The position numbers and the translations under genes are program-made. Shown one piece after another: positions 37,813 through 51,300 of a stretch of DNA of 64,000 nucleotides. Under the pieces are notes generated by a model. It did not search any database. It saw nothing but the letters and a program-made list of their open reading frames with translations, and was not told the DNA's origin. The stretch spans positions 72,788,001-72,852,000 of the forward strand of contig NC_086103.1 in NCBI RefSeq assembly GCF_963921235.1, written 5' to 3'. This DNA comes from Mobula hypostoma (lineage: Eukaryota). Position 1 is the first letter of the stretch; each line of letters begins with the position of its first letter.

Positions 37813-37871
37813 ATCTTACAACCTCTCCGTTTACATCTCCCAGAGATTCCAGTTCAACTCCACATTTACCT
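37813..37871 (+). CDS. TIM juxtamembrane stalk exon S2 (59 nt, phase 1-0): DLTTSPFTSPRDSSSTPHLP
   Basis: Acceptor cattcttacaactgtcattacag, strong donor GTGAGT, S/T/P-rich; supplies the phase 1-to-0 switch needed to reach the TM exon. Confidence 0.75.
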
Positions 37872-38399
37872 GTGAGTAAATACCTTTTTATCCAGAAGAT
37901 AAGTGTTATTAATCATAAAATTTCACTGAGAGGACAAGGTTATCTTTTTCTGCATTGCTTGTTCCAGAGTTGTATTGTACATGCATACTTTGACAATAAA
38001 ATAATCTTTGGAATGCCAGATCTTTAACATACACATAGACATCTGTTAGTCTCGTGAGACCATGGATTTGTGCCTTGGAAGGTTTCCAGGGCGCATGCCT
38101 AAGCAAGGTTGTATGGAAGACGGACAGTTGCCCATGCTGCGTCTCCCCTCTCCACGCCACCGATGTTGTCCAAGGGAAGGGCACTAGGACCCATACAGCT
38201 TGGCACCGGTGTCATCGCAGAGCAATGTGTGGTTAAGTGCCTTGCTCAAGGACACAACACGTTGCTTCAGCTGAGGCTCAAACTAGTGACCTTCAGATCA
38301 CTAGACCCACGTCTTAACCACTTGGCCACGAACCAACACCTTTCATAGAAAAAGTTAAATAATTGAAGAGATTGTTCTGAAGTGAAAGCAGAACTCTGT

Positions 38400-39100
38400 T
38401 TGGGTCATGGTGAAGGGAGGGGAGACCATAAGACCATAACAAGAGGAGGAGGACAGGAGCAGAATTAGAATTTGGCCCCTTAAGTCTGCAGCCTCTTGCA
38501 CCCTTACTAATCAAGAATATATTAACCTCCACTTTAAATGTATATATTTATATATATATTTAATATATACCATCTCTGACAATGAATTCCACAGATTCAC
38601 CACCCTACAGCTAAAAATATTCCCACTAATCTCTATTCTAAAGGGATGTCCTTTTTATTCTGATGTTGTCCCCTTCTTGTCCAAAACTCTTTCACTACTG
38701 GAAACATCCTCTCCATTTCCACTCTATTCAGACCCTTCCGATATTCAGTGGGTTTTAATGAGATCTCAACTTATTCTTCTAAACTTGCAGCAATTACAGA
38801 CCCAGAGCCATCAAACGTTCCTCATACATCAAGCCTTGCATTCCCAGGTCATTCTCATAAACCTCCTCTGGACTCTCTCTAATGTCGACACGTATTTCCT
38901 TAGATATGAGGCCCAAAAGTGCCCAAAAGATTCCAAATATGTTGACAAACACCTTATCAAGCCTCAGCATTACATCCTTGCTTTATATTCCAGTTCACTC
39001 GAAATAATTGCTAACATTATATTTCTTTCCTCATCACTAACTCAAACTGAAAGCTAAAATCTATGGAATCCTACATTAGGACTCTCATGTCTCTTTGCAC
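38400..39100 (-). mobile_element. Old CR1 3' fragment
   Basis: Reverse-complement CR1 3' UTR and ORF2 end (cacagattcaccacc, agatctcaacttattcttctaaac). Confidence 0.65.
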
Positions 39101-40925
39101 CCAACACTTCCAGTCAAGATGATGCCAGCAAACAGTGGCTTCTCAAGCAACATCTTGCAGGTAGCCAATCTCTTCAATTATTTAACTTGTTCTACAAAGA
39201 AGTAGAACTTTCAAAGTTCTGGCATTCCAAAGGTTATTTTATTGTCAAAGTAGACATGTACAATACAACTCTGATATTCGTCTTCTCCAGATAGCCACAA
39301 AATACAGAAAAACCATAGGTGTTGTTAAAAGAAAAGACATCAAACCCTCTCAACCCTTTGTTTCTGTCTTGATTGTTTTGGAGACTGTTAGAGCCTGTGA
39401 TGGGCTGTTTGGAGCTCGATCAGGTTATCTGGCATGTTGCAATCCTCAAATAGTACCCTGAGCACAGGTTACCTCATGCAGGAGACCAGAGAGGGGCCAT
39501 AATCAACTCCATTTTGAAGCATTGAGGGAGATTGAAGTATCATAGTGAATGTGGAGGAGGTCAGTGGTTGCTCTCCATGGAGGCCATGGATTGACAGTGG
39601 TTGGTAGCCAGCTCAGCAGCATTCGGAAGGCCTCAGATCAGCAGTGCAGTGGTCAGAAGGCCACAGGTCAGTGGCGCGGTGGTCACTCTACATGGAGGGA
39701 CTGAGTTCAAGCAGTCGCTCTCACGGTTCTGGTGGGAGGATATGCTCGAAATTCTGAGATGTATGGGATTATTAGTCAGTAATTTATTTTGCAGTCCTTC
39801 AGGTTTTTATGTTTTCTTGCTTCTTGCTAATTGGCCGGTTAGGGTTCTGGGTGGACAATGTGTTGGTTTTTGTATGAGGGAGGGGTTGGGGATTTGGTAT
39901 CTGATGTTCTTGATGTTTTTTCTGTGTTGGCGATCTCCTTTTTTGTGTGTTTGACGGGGTTAGAGGTTTGGTGCTGTTGTTGCTGTTTGTTTTTGCGGGG
40001 GAGGGGTTTGGCGGTGTGATGTTATTGTTACTGGTTTCTACATTGCATGGCTATCTGGAAAAGACCAATATCGGAGTTGTATTACATGAATACTCTGACA
40101 ATAAAATGAACCTTTGGAATGCCAGTAGTCACAGGCAGCCAACTGGAAAAGAGCCCTTTATGCCCATGCATTAGTATGCGTAATCAGTGAGTTTGCACCA
40201 GGGCTCAGTGCATGAAGGTGAGGTGAATCTGTTGAATTGAAGTGTTGAGGACTGAGCAATGGAGATACTTCATTTGTGTGTCAGGGTTTATTGTACAATC
40301 AATAATGCTGATAGCCACATGGATGGATATACCAGTATAAGATTTAACTTGGGAAATAATTCATCTTTCTCACAGTTTTTACATCCTTGGAACATTCTCC
40401 ATGATATTGACCTGCACAACTGACATTTCCCACTATTTCCTGAACATTCATCCAGCAGATCTGCTCTTCTGTAGATAATTTATGTCGGTCATCTCTAAAG
40501 TGCTTCTGATGGGTTCCATTACATTTCAGAACATATTACTGCTCCAGCTGTCTCACGTTCTCTTATTTGTCAACATTTTACAGCAGAAGTAGAAAATGAA
40601 GATCAGTTCTTCCAGCCCTACCATGGTGAACAGTTCACTATTGCCTTCTCCTAATGGCTCATTTCCATCTCTTTTTACAACCCTGTGTGACCACAGCCAA
40701 GCTGAGGAGGATCCTAGCCAGGATAAATCCATACAAAGCTGCCGGGTGCTGAGGGATTCTGTGCCCCAGCTAACAGACATCTTAATGGATATCTTTAATA
40801 TCTCTTTACAACAGTCCATGCTGTGCATGCAGACTTTAAGGAAGCCATGTCGGCATTATACAGTGCTCGCAATCCGCTCATTTTAAATTTAAAGCTGAGA
40901 AAATAGGTCTTGTTCTCTGTTTCAG

Positions 40926-41034
40926 GTTCCTGGTGAGCGTGTAAACAACCTGATTTTTCTGCTTTGCTGGACCGCTCGTGTCTCAGTTTTCGTCTCTTTT
41001 CTTTCCGTCACTGTGCTGCTTTGCAAGTGGAAAC
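40926..41034 (+). CDS. TIM transmembrane exon (109 nt, phase 0-1): VPGERVNNLIFLLCWTARVSVFVSFLSVTVLLCKWK
   Basis: Acceptor tcttgttctctgtttcag, perfect donor C|GTAAGT, 25-aa hydrophobic stretch followed by basic KWK. Confidence 0.8.
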
Positions 41035-41779
41035 GTAAGTGACAAATTAATATTTAATATTCAAAACATTTTGTTAAGATATTTATGTAAAGTTGCTCTT
41101 CACATGTGATGATGATATTTATTTGAAGTAAAATGCTTTATTTGAGCAAAGTAATTATGAAGGTTAGATATGTGACTCTCATGTTTCCTTCAGTGTAGAT
41201 AGGACCAGGGCTCTACTCAATAAAGTACTCCCGGTATCTGTGTGAAACTTGTAAACAGCTTATTCCCATTTCCTTTATTCTCTGGTCATAATGTATAGTT
41301 GTCCTGCTACACACATTTGTCTCCTCTCTGTCCACCTGTGTTCACACTTTTAGGGAACTATGAACTTACACATTCAAGTTTCGCTCTTCCTTCACAGTTC
41401 CCAGAGACACGGCATGGTTTACCAATCATCCCATCCACATTTCCTTCCAATTCATTAATATGCATGGGAAACACAACAGAACAGACAAGAAAGTAGAAGC
41501 ATTGAACAATCATTGCGGGCAAAAGAGATCTGAAAAATGAAAGAATGACATTCTATTTACAACTGTTTGAAGAGAGAGGAGCTGAACCAATGCATCTCCC
41601 CATGCATCTAACCATCCACCATCTTCTGACTGGACTGATACACTTTCAGACAATCTTAGAGAATCTGAAGCCACCTCCTTTCCCCCAGACACTGAGACCC
41701 ATCTCACATCTCCAACATTCATTCTTCAATGATAATTGACTACAGTGTTATTTCATACAACCATGGCTTACAAGGGAAG

Positions 41780-43790
41780 TCAAATCTAATGTAAGCAAAA
41801 GAGCGGGCAACAAAGAAAAAAATAGTGAGAAGATAGAGGATTGGGAAGCTTTTAAAACCCTTCAGAGAGCAACTAAAAGAATCAGCAGGATGGAAAAGAT
41901 GAAATATGAAAGCAAGATGGCAAACAATATCAAAGTGGATAGTAAAAGCTTTTTCAAGTATGTTAAAAATAAAAGACAGAAGAGAGTGGATATAGGGCCG
42001 CTAGAAAATGAGGCTGGAAAAATACTAACATGGGACAAGGAGGTAGCAGATGAACTGAATGAGTGTTTTCCATCAGTCTTCACTGTGGAATACACTAGCA
42101 GTGTGCTAGGTGTTGAAGGGTGAGAGGGAAGAGAAGTGAGTGCAGTTATTATTACAAAGGAGAAGGTGGACAAAAAGCTGAAAGACTTAAGGGTACATAA
42201 GTCACCCAGACCAGATAAACTGCAACCTAGGGTTCTGAAAGAGGTAGCAGTAGAGATTGTGGAGGAAATATTGATGATCTTTCAAAAATCATTGGACTCT
42301 GGCATGGTGCCAGAGGACTGGAAAATTGCAAATGTCACACCACTCTTTAAAAAAGGAAAAAGCAGCAGAGGGGAAATCATAGACCAGTTATCCTGACCTC
42401 AGTGGTTGGGAAGATGTTGGAGTCAATTGGTAAAGATGAGGTTATAGGGTACTTGGTGACACAGGACAAGATAGGACAAAGTGAGCATGGTTTCCTTAAG
42501 GGAAAATCTTGCCTGATGGATATGTTGGAATTCTTTGAAGAGATTACTCATAGGATAGATAAAGGGGATGCAGTGGATGTTGTATATTTGGACTTTCAGA
42601 AGGCTTTTGACAAGGTGCCACACATGAGACTGCTTACCATATTAAGAAACCATGGCATTACAGGAAAGTTACTGGCAAGGTTAGAGCATTGGCTGATTGG
42701 TAGGAGGCAGTGAGTGGGAATAAAAGGATCCTTTTCTGGTTGGCTGCCAGTGGCTACTGGTTTTCTGCAGGGTTTGGTGTTGGGACTGCTTCTTTTTATG
42801 CTGCATAACGATGATTTAGATGATGGAATACATAGCTTTGTTGCCAAGTTTGCAGATGATATGAAGATTGGTGGAGGGGCAGGTAGTGTTGAGGTAGCAG
42901 GAAGGCTGTAGAAGGACTTAGACAGATTAGGAGAATGGGCAAGGAAGTGGCGAATGAAATACAATGTTGGAAAATGCATGGTCATGCACTATGTTAGAAG
43001 TAAATATGCAGACTCTTTCCTAAATGGGGAGAAAATCCCAAAATCTGAGCTGCAAAGGGACTTGGGAGTCCTTGGGCAGAATACCCTAAAGGTTAACTTG
43101 CAGGTTGAGTTGGTGGTGAGGAAGGCAAATGCAATGATAACATTTTTTTCAAGTGGTCTGGAATACAAGAGCAGGGATGTGATGCTGAGGCTTTATAAGG
43201 CACTGGAGAGGCCTCACCTTGAGTATTGTGGACAGTTTTGAGCTCCTCATCTAAGAAAATATGTGCTGGCATTGGAGAGGGTTCAGAGGAGGTTCACAAG
43301 GATGACTCAGGGAATGAAAGGATTATCATATGAGGAATGTTTGATAGCTCTGGGTCTGTACTTGCTGGAATTTAGAAGGATGAGGAGGGATCTCATTGAA
43401 ACCTTTCGAATGTTGAAAGGCCTAGACAGATTAGATGTGGAAAGGATGTTTCCAATGGCGGGGGAGTTTAGGACAAGAGGGCACAGCCTCATGATAGAGG
43501 GGCATCCATTTAAAGCAGAGATGTGGAGAAATTTCTTTAGCCAGAGGGTGGTGAATTTGTGGAATTTATTACTACAGGCAGCTTTGGAGACCAGGTCGTT
43601 GGGTGTATTTAAAACAAAGCTTGATAGGTTCTTGATTGGCCACAGCATCAAAGACTACAGGAAGAAGGGTGGGGAGTGTGGCTGAGGAAGGGAAAATAGA
43701 TCAGACATGATTGAATGGCGAAGCTGACTCGATGGACCAAATAGCCAAATTCTGCTTCCATGTCTTATGGTCTAATGGTCTTTTTTTATA
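41780..43790 (+). mobile_element. Degenerate CR1 ORF2 and 3' UTR
   Basis: [44 protein letters not shown]. Confidence 0.9.
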
Positions 43791-44113
43791 GAACCAACAT
43801 GGCATTCTGACAGTCACTGAGACTACTCTGGTATGTAATTTGAGTGGAAAAAATTCATTTTTCTACTTATTGAGGTTTACTTCAATTTGATTACAAATGA
43901 ACATCAGTCAGTGAGTGGATTGCACAACATTACATTCTTTCTTCAGATTCACTGGTAAATATGCAAAGAAAGAACAATTTTGATAAAGATGTTTCCCTTA
44001 TTATGCAAAAGTGAAGTATTTGCTCATTATATCACCACGAACTGCAGTCTGTGTAGTTCAAGTACAGCATCTAAGGTTCACTCATCAGTGTTCTGCATTT
44101 TTGTGTCACTCAG

Positions 44114-44190
44114 GCACATCCTCCATCTGTCAGAACAGGAGCAGCACCAAGCCCGTGAGAGACTCCACACCCTTGCAGCAATCACTTTGA
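44114..44190 (+). CDS. Candidate cytoplasmic exon (RTSSICQNRSSTKPVRDSTPLQQSL* if terminal; internal donor at 44155)
   Basis: Good acceptor ttctgcatttttgtgtcactcag, open in phase 1 after the TM exon, GTGAGA donor option. No homology support. Confidence 0.4.
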
Positions 44191-46446
44191 TGTCCATGGG
44201 AAGGCCTTCCCATAGTGAACCAAAGATTGACTGCATATGTTGACTGAAATACCCATCCCAAGTGAGGGTGCAGGATCCAGAGTTAGTACCAAACTTTACG
44301 GAAAAGTTATGAACTGGAAAGAAAGCCTGAAATTTTTGTGTATGGAAACAATATCTTTTCTTCTGGACTGCTGCTATGTGACAATGTCATCAAAGTAATA
44401 AATCATTACATAACTGAAAAGTTCTGATGGCTTTCATCTGATCAATACTGACTTCAACAGGCATTTACAAATGTAAACGGCGGAAATGTACAAACACCAT
44501 TAAACTACTTGTACATGGCTGATGCACTCCAACTTCACGGCATGAAAGCATTTTTTGGAACTACAAATAAAACTGACCTTTTCTGGAGAGATGGCAACAC
44601 CACAGATTACAATGACTGAGCATATTGCTCCATCTATAAATTTGCGTTGAAGGTGAATTGATAAAGCCAGGAAAGTAACTGAAAATTGCCCCTCACCAAT
44701 ATGAATTGTGATGGAAAAATAGCAGAATGTCATATCAGAACTGTTTATTGAAATTCACAATGCTTCAGCCTGGATTGCCTTTTTGAAAATGGTATTTTCT
44801 ATTTTAGTATTTTCGATAGAGTTTTTGGATTATGTGCATGTATTATTTTTGATGTACTTACTTATCAATGAATGATATATGTCTTAAAAGACTTAATGGC
44901 GTTAATGAAGGAACTGAATGATTTGAGAATCATTGGCTTAATTTGGGTTGACAAACCTCAAAACGATGTGATGATGTTGGGAGTACTGAGATAATTCATC
45001 CTGGTTAGATTCTGGAGTGGATCTTGAGATGCATCCCTTATTCTGTATTATATTTTTGTCTTCTATTTGAGTAATCATACCTGACTTGTTGAATTTGATG
45101 TGCCTTATCAGGAGGGATGAGACCACAGAAAAATATGACTCTTTGCAGGCAGAAAACCGAGGCATGACTGTGATCCTGAGGAACCGGGGAGAATTGCATT
45201 GGACGGATGTAATTGGTTATGATAGTGCTGTTGTATAATAGGACACTGACAGTAATGTAACACCTGTGTAGCGCTTGTCTTATCTTGTGTGACTGAGAAA
45301 AATCAAATTGCTTCGTACTACACCAGGTGCTAGTGGGCCATCAGAAGCTCTAGGTATGGAAAGGAGGCAGTGAATAGAAAACACACGCTTCTGGGGGTAA
45401 ATTTTATTTATAGAAAATAGCAATGTATATAAAATATTTACATGAGAAAGAACAATTCAAAATTTCAACATTGCGTTTTAGCTTCCAAATCTCAGATATC
45501 AAATGGAAACCAAATTTCTTTTTAGTAAGAATCAGTGAGATTCATTAGAATTTCCTTTGTTACTCCATTTCTCTAATTAGATCTAATGTTATTCTCTATT
45601 CAAAGGTTTACAGACTAACACTTGCCTTTTTATTTATCCCTAGTTAGTTAGGAAGCTAATTGAATTCCTATTTTCAAGTATTATGGTTAACCTCAGTTTC
45701 AGTTCAGGTCAGTATATCTACAAATTCAAATTCAACCCCAAATATATATCGATACAGCTTAACTCTTTTCACAACAAATTCTCCAACATCACAACTTTTA
45801 AACTAAGTAAATCTCATTCAGTCCCTGATCAAAGTTCTTGCAAAAATAATTAGTTCTTCCATAAAATCAAATCAGATCCTCAGAAGGAAAAATAAGCTTA
45901 TACATCCAACCATATTAAATCTTCCACATCTTGAAGCATTCATTCCCGCGCTGGTTCCTCGATCTTGGGTGGCTCGCCATCCTGTTTCTTGGCTCATTGG
46001 ATGAAATGGTGGGTCATCCACTGAAAGTCCATTCACAATACATTACACAAAAAATAACTCGACCAAGTCTCTTGGTTTGCTTGCAATGTTGAATCAGATT
46101 CGCAGGTCCGGCAAGTGAGACAGGAGTTGCACTGACTTTGAATAGGTATTTTAATCATTTATTTACAAACAGTAAAAATACGACCAAACATTCATGTTCC
46201 CCAGTCACAGACACTACAAATCTCAACAAACACATGGACATTCGACAAACATACTTAAATAAAAGTGCATGCAGAGCATATCTTCCCAATCATCATGTGC
46301 ATCCTTGCCTTAAACAGAGGAAGAAGAGAGAAAGCCTCTTCCATGGCAATTTTATATACCCAGGATATTTGAAACTGGACCACCAGGCAGTTATCCAATG
46401 GGAAAAAATGCTGCAGCTCCTAAACTAACTAATCGCAATGGAGGCA

Positions 46447-48399
46447 TCCCTGTCTGTCCAGGTAGACCCATTGTTTCAGTTTGCTCCTACCCCACCGAAA
46501 TTATTTCTGCATACCTCGACACTGTTTTATCCACCCTTGTTCAATCCCTTCCCACCAATGTTTGTGACACTTCTCATGCTCTGGACATTTTCAATGATTT
46601 CAAGTTCCCTGGCCCCCATCGTCTTACTTTCACCATGGATTGCCAATCCCTATATACCTCCATCCCCCACCATGAAGGTCTCAAAGCACTCCGTTTACCT
46701 GTGGATTCCAGACCCAACTAGTTCCCCTCTACCACCACTCTCCTCCATCTAGCAGAATTGGTCCTTACTCTTAATAATTTCTCCTTTGGCTCCTCCCACT
46801 TCCTTCAAACTAAAGGTCTAGTCATTGGCACCCATATGGGTCCCAGCTATGCCTGCCTTTTTGTTGGCTTTGTGGAACAGTCCATGTTCTAAGCCTATAC
46901 TGGTATCCGTCCCCCACTTTTCCTTCACTACGTCGATGACTGCATTGGTGCTGCTTCCTGCACGCATGCTGAGCTCGTTGACTTCATCAACTCTGCCTCC
47001 AACTTCCACCCTGCCCTCAAATTTACCTGGTCCATTTCCGACATCTCCCTCCCCTTCCTTGATCTCTCTGTCTCTATCTCTGGAGACAGCTTATCTTCTG
47101 ATGTCTACGATAAGCCCATGGACTCTCACAGCTACCTGGACTATTCCTCTTCCCACTCTGTCACTTGTAAAAATGCCATCCCCTTCTCTCAATTCCTCCG
47201 TCTCTGCCACATCTGCTCTCAGAATTCAAGGATGAAGGAGATGTCCTCCTTTTTTAAAGAAAGGGGCTTCCCTTCCTCCACCATCAACTCTGCCCTCAAA
47301 CGCATCTCTCCCATTTCACGCACATCTGCTCTCATCCCATCCTCCCGCCACCCCACTAAGGATAGGCTTCTTCTTGTCCTCACCTGCCACCCCACCAGCC
47401 TCCGGGTCCAACAAATAATTCTCCACAACTTCCGCCATCTCCAATGGGATCCCACCACCAAGCACATCTTTCCCTCCCCCCCACCTCACTTTCTGCTTTC
47501 TGCAGGGATTGCTCCCCACGCAACTCCCTTGTCCATTCATCCCCCCCATCCCTTCCCAACGATCTCCCTCCTGGTACTTATCCTTGTAAGCGGAACAAGT
47601 GCTACACCTTCCCTTACACTTCCTCCCTCACCACCATTCAGGGCCCCAGACAGTCCAGGTGATGCGACAGTTCACCTGTGAGTCTGCTGGTGTGATATAC
47701 TGTGTCCGGTGCACCTGGTGTGGACTTCTATATATTGGCGAGACCGACGCAGATTGGGAGACCGCTTTGAAGAACAGATACGCTCTATCCGCCAGAGAAA
47801 GCAGGATCTCCCAGTGGCCACACGTTTTAATCCCACATCCCATTCCTATTCTGATATGTTAATCTATGGCCTCCTCTACTATCCAGATGAAGCCACACTC
47901 AGGTTGGAGGAACAACACTTTCTATTCCATCTGGGTAGCCTCCAACCTGATGGCATGAACATTGATTTCTCTAACTTCCATTAATGCCCCACCTCTCCTT
48001 CTTACCCCATCCCTTATTTATTTATTTATTTATTTGTTTATCTATCTTTCTTTTTTCTCTCTTTCCCTCTCACAATAACTCCTTGCCTGTTCTCCATCTT
48101 CCTCTGGTACTCCCATCCCCCTTTCTTTCTTCCAAGGCCTTCCGTCCATTGATATTCCCCCTTCTCCAGCCTTGTATCCCTTTTGCCAATCAACTTCCCA
48201 GCTCTTGGCTTCATCCCTCCCCCTCCTGTCTTCTCCTATCATTTCAGGTCTCCCCCTCCCCTCCCACTTTCAAATCTCTTACTGTATCTTTTTTCCGTTA
48301 TTCCTGACGAAGGGTCTCAACCCGAAACGTCAACTGTACTTCTTCCAACAGATGCTGCCTGGCCTGCTGCATTCCACCAGCATTTTGTGTGTGTTGCTT
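46447..48399 (+). mobile_element. Penelope-like retroelement (RT, GIY-YIG endonuclease and terminal repeat), 5'-truncated
   Basis: GRPIVS, FTMDCQSLYTSIP, GTHMGPSYA, YVDD; VIYCVRCTWCGLLYIGET; approximate 12-bp TSD aatc(gc/at)aatgga. Confidence 0.9.
48304..48336 (+). ncRNA. Minimal type I hammerhead ribozyme-like motif in the Penelope terminal repeat (helix I degenerate)
   Basis: CTGACGA-A-GGG-tctcaa-CCC-GAAA-CGTC. Penelope-like elements are known to carry minimal hammerheads. Confidence 0.55.
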
Positions 48400-51300
48400 A
48401 ATCATAATGGAAGTAACTTTCAACAATTAGAATAAGGCACACTGCACAGGACACGGAAGAAGCGAAAGTGATGATCCAACTCTCAGAGTAGTATGACTCT
48501 CATGAACTCCCAACTAAGTTATACATAAAACACGAGAGTACAATACCCAGTACTGTAAACCCAACAGTCACCTCCCAGTATACTATAGTGTCCACCAGCC
48601 TCCCTCTACTCTAAGAGGCCACCAGCCCCACCCTAGAGTGTAATAGCCAATGAGCTAGTCTCCCATTTAATTTGATCAACCAGATGTTACCCGACCCATC
48701 AGGAATGTAGATCCAGCATCCTTAACCAATAACCGTACAAGTGCCACTTTCCTTTGTGAGCAGGTAATCCAAGGCCATCGAAATCAGTCACTGCGACAGT
48801 CTGGCTGTACCATGCAGAGAAAGGCTATTACTCAAAACCTTCCTTCTTTTGAAATAGTCCTCTTACCAACCAGCGTAGGCAAGTGTTCATCCCGGGCACT
48901 AGGGTGGCATACATACCCCACCACATATCAACCGCACCACCCTGTGGAAACAACGGGTAGGGCTAGGAACTGCCTATCCAGTAAGTGCCATTCAGCTTCC
49001 AACAAGTGCCCAGCCTCAAAACACCATCTGGCATGGACACAGTCATCCCAGGATACTGTTCCTGATCAGACTTGCCATCCACCTTGCACGTTGTACCTGT
49101 ACTCAACACCCACACTCACACTCTGTCAGCTGGGAAGATCACATTAAGTGTCAGGGCATTCCAATTAAACAAATGGTATGTAGGGAAATTTCAGCCCTTA
49201 AAGCGCACACACCACCAGGGCTATTAAAGCTCAGGTCACTTAAGCCTGTTACCATTCTCTGGGTTGAGGGTGGTTGGAATAGACTACTCCCTCCCTGCTC
49301 CCCCAAAACAGAATGCCAAAACCCGAGAAGCTAGATCATTTCTCCCAACAGGCTTTTCTTTGCCGTCGAAGGGAGCGATATCAGTGGCATCCTTCTGTAA
49401 TATTGAAAGGATTTTTCATACAAATTCAACAATCTGACCCATTGATCCAGTGTGCAAATTCAAACGCTAACCACAGGAATGTATAACAGGATCTCCCACC
49501 ACAAATCAACGTTCACCACTTTGCCATTCTGTAATGCAGGGAGATACAAATACACTCACTCCTGATTAGTCACTGGATATTTAGAAAAGCCAAAAACGAT
49601 AAAACTACAAATGCTCAATTCCCTCTGAAATGTGGGCACCTCATACCTGGAATAAAGTTGCCCAAATTCCCACCAAATTTCAACTCAAATTTTATATGGC
49701 CAGTATGTAACGAGGCATCCCTAAATCAATTACCATATTAAAACACAATAAACATGTAACAGATTTAGAAAACAAGAAACAAAGAAGTAATGGATTAAAC
49801 ACAAAACATAAATCACAAAATCTGTGTTGTGCTCATCTTCTTTAACACTTCCTGTAGAACTGCAAAAACTTAAACCAGACAGTTAATTCAGAGAAGTAGC
49901 ACTTATCGGAGAACAACTGATTAGGAAAAAGCAACTGGGTGGGACCAGAGTCTCTTAAAGTTGAAGTCAACACACAGACACACAATGGGTTGTGAATCCA
50001 CCAACTACCCCCTCCCTACAACAATGGGATGTGAAGAATATATTAACCATCCCTGGATTGCTGCTGCTGGTGATCATTAGCAGGGAACCCTGAATGCAAG
50101 GCGAGGAAACTGGCAGATGACAAAAAGAACACTTATCTGCAGAGAACTTGAAGAAAGACCCTTCCCCCTCAACATTCTCCCTTTTTCGCTTTTCCATACA
50201 GAACTTCCTCCACTTTGCACTCGCCATTTACCTGCTCCTCTGGAACTCAGCTTTAAACAATGCTAAAAATATTTCTTTATGGAATATGCAAGATCTCCCA
50301 CTCCCCATCTGCTTATCTAACCTGGCTACGTGCACCCTGTTCTACATTCTCTAATCCTTGTAACGATAGAATCACTGTACTTACAGGATGACCAACAGCT
50401 ACCCCTTGAACTGGAAAAACTGCCTCCATTACCATGTGCCTCACCATTCCAGAAGTTACTCCAATGTCCTCTGGTGGGTTCCAACTATCATATTTCTGTG
50501 ATAAGAGGCTACTGACATAGAACTTTAGCATCCTTCTCTACCATGCTCCATTCTGCTTGGGGTTTTAAATTCCATTCGGTAAGAGTAGATACCTCAGTTT
50601 AACTCTTGCCAGAACCCAAATCCATAGTGATGCATTAAGCTCAGGGGAAGCAAGCAGTGATCTCAGGACATTATTGATGGCGTGTTGGGACAGTTGGCTC
50701 CCTGAGGCACCCATCTGTGTATTAGATAGAAACACTCCGGTACTCACCCCCCACCCCATTACCTCAACAATTTGTACCTGTCCCTAAACTCGCCAATTCC
50801 TTAGCAGAGTATTGTCTGAGCTCTGTTGTCTCAAAGGTGTCCTTTACACCGCCCCTACACATTCCTGAGCCTGTTCCCCCTCCCCCTCTTGAGAGGAAGA
50901 AGCTGCAGATTGAAGCCCCCACCCCCACGGCGGGTGTTGGAACTCGTAATTACTGGCCTGGCCTGTACTGTTTTGGACACAAAAGGGACAGGGCGATCAT
51001 TTCGAGGATTAAACGGAGGGGTCCACTCTACTCTCTCTCCCCATCATTTTCATCATCCATCCAGACATCGCCATCTCCCAGACCCAGAGTAGGACCATCG
51101 CCCCATCTCAACATGACTCAAGTCTTAACGGGATCAGATTCCCAGTTGGCCCTTCAGGCCCTCTTGAAATTCCTTTATTCGCCAGCAGGCTATCTGTATA
51201 TTCATATCTTCCAACTTCACAGCCCACTGTGAGCCATCAATAGTGACTCACTCAGAATAATACAACACTGACTGAGATCTTCCAATTCATTCTTAAGACT

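Noticed and set aside
40593-40596. Hypothesis that an AAAA homopolymer error frameshifts an obligatory pre-TM exon
   Set aside because: Not needed: exon 37813-37871 already supplies the phase 1-to-0 transition to the TM exon.
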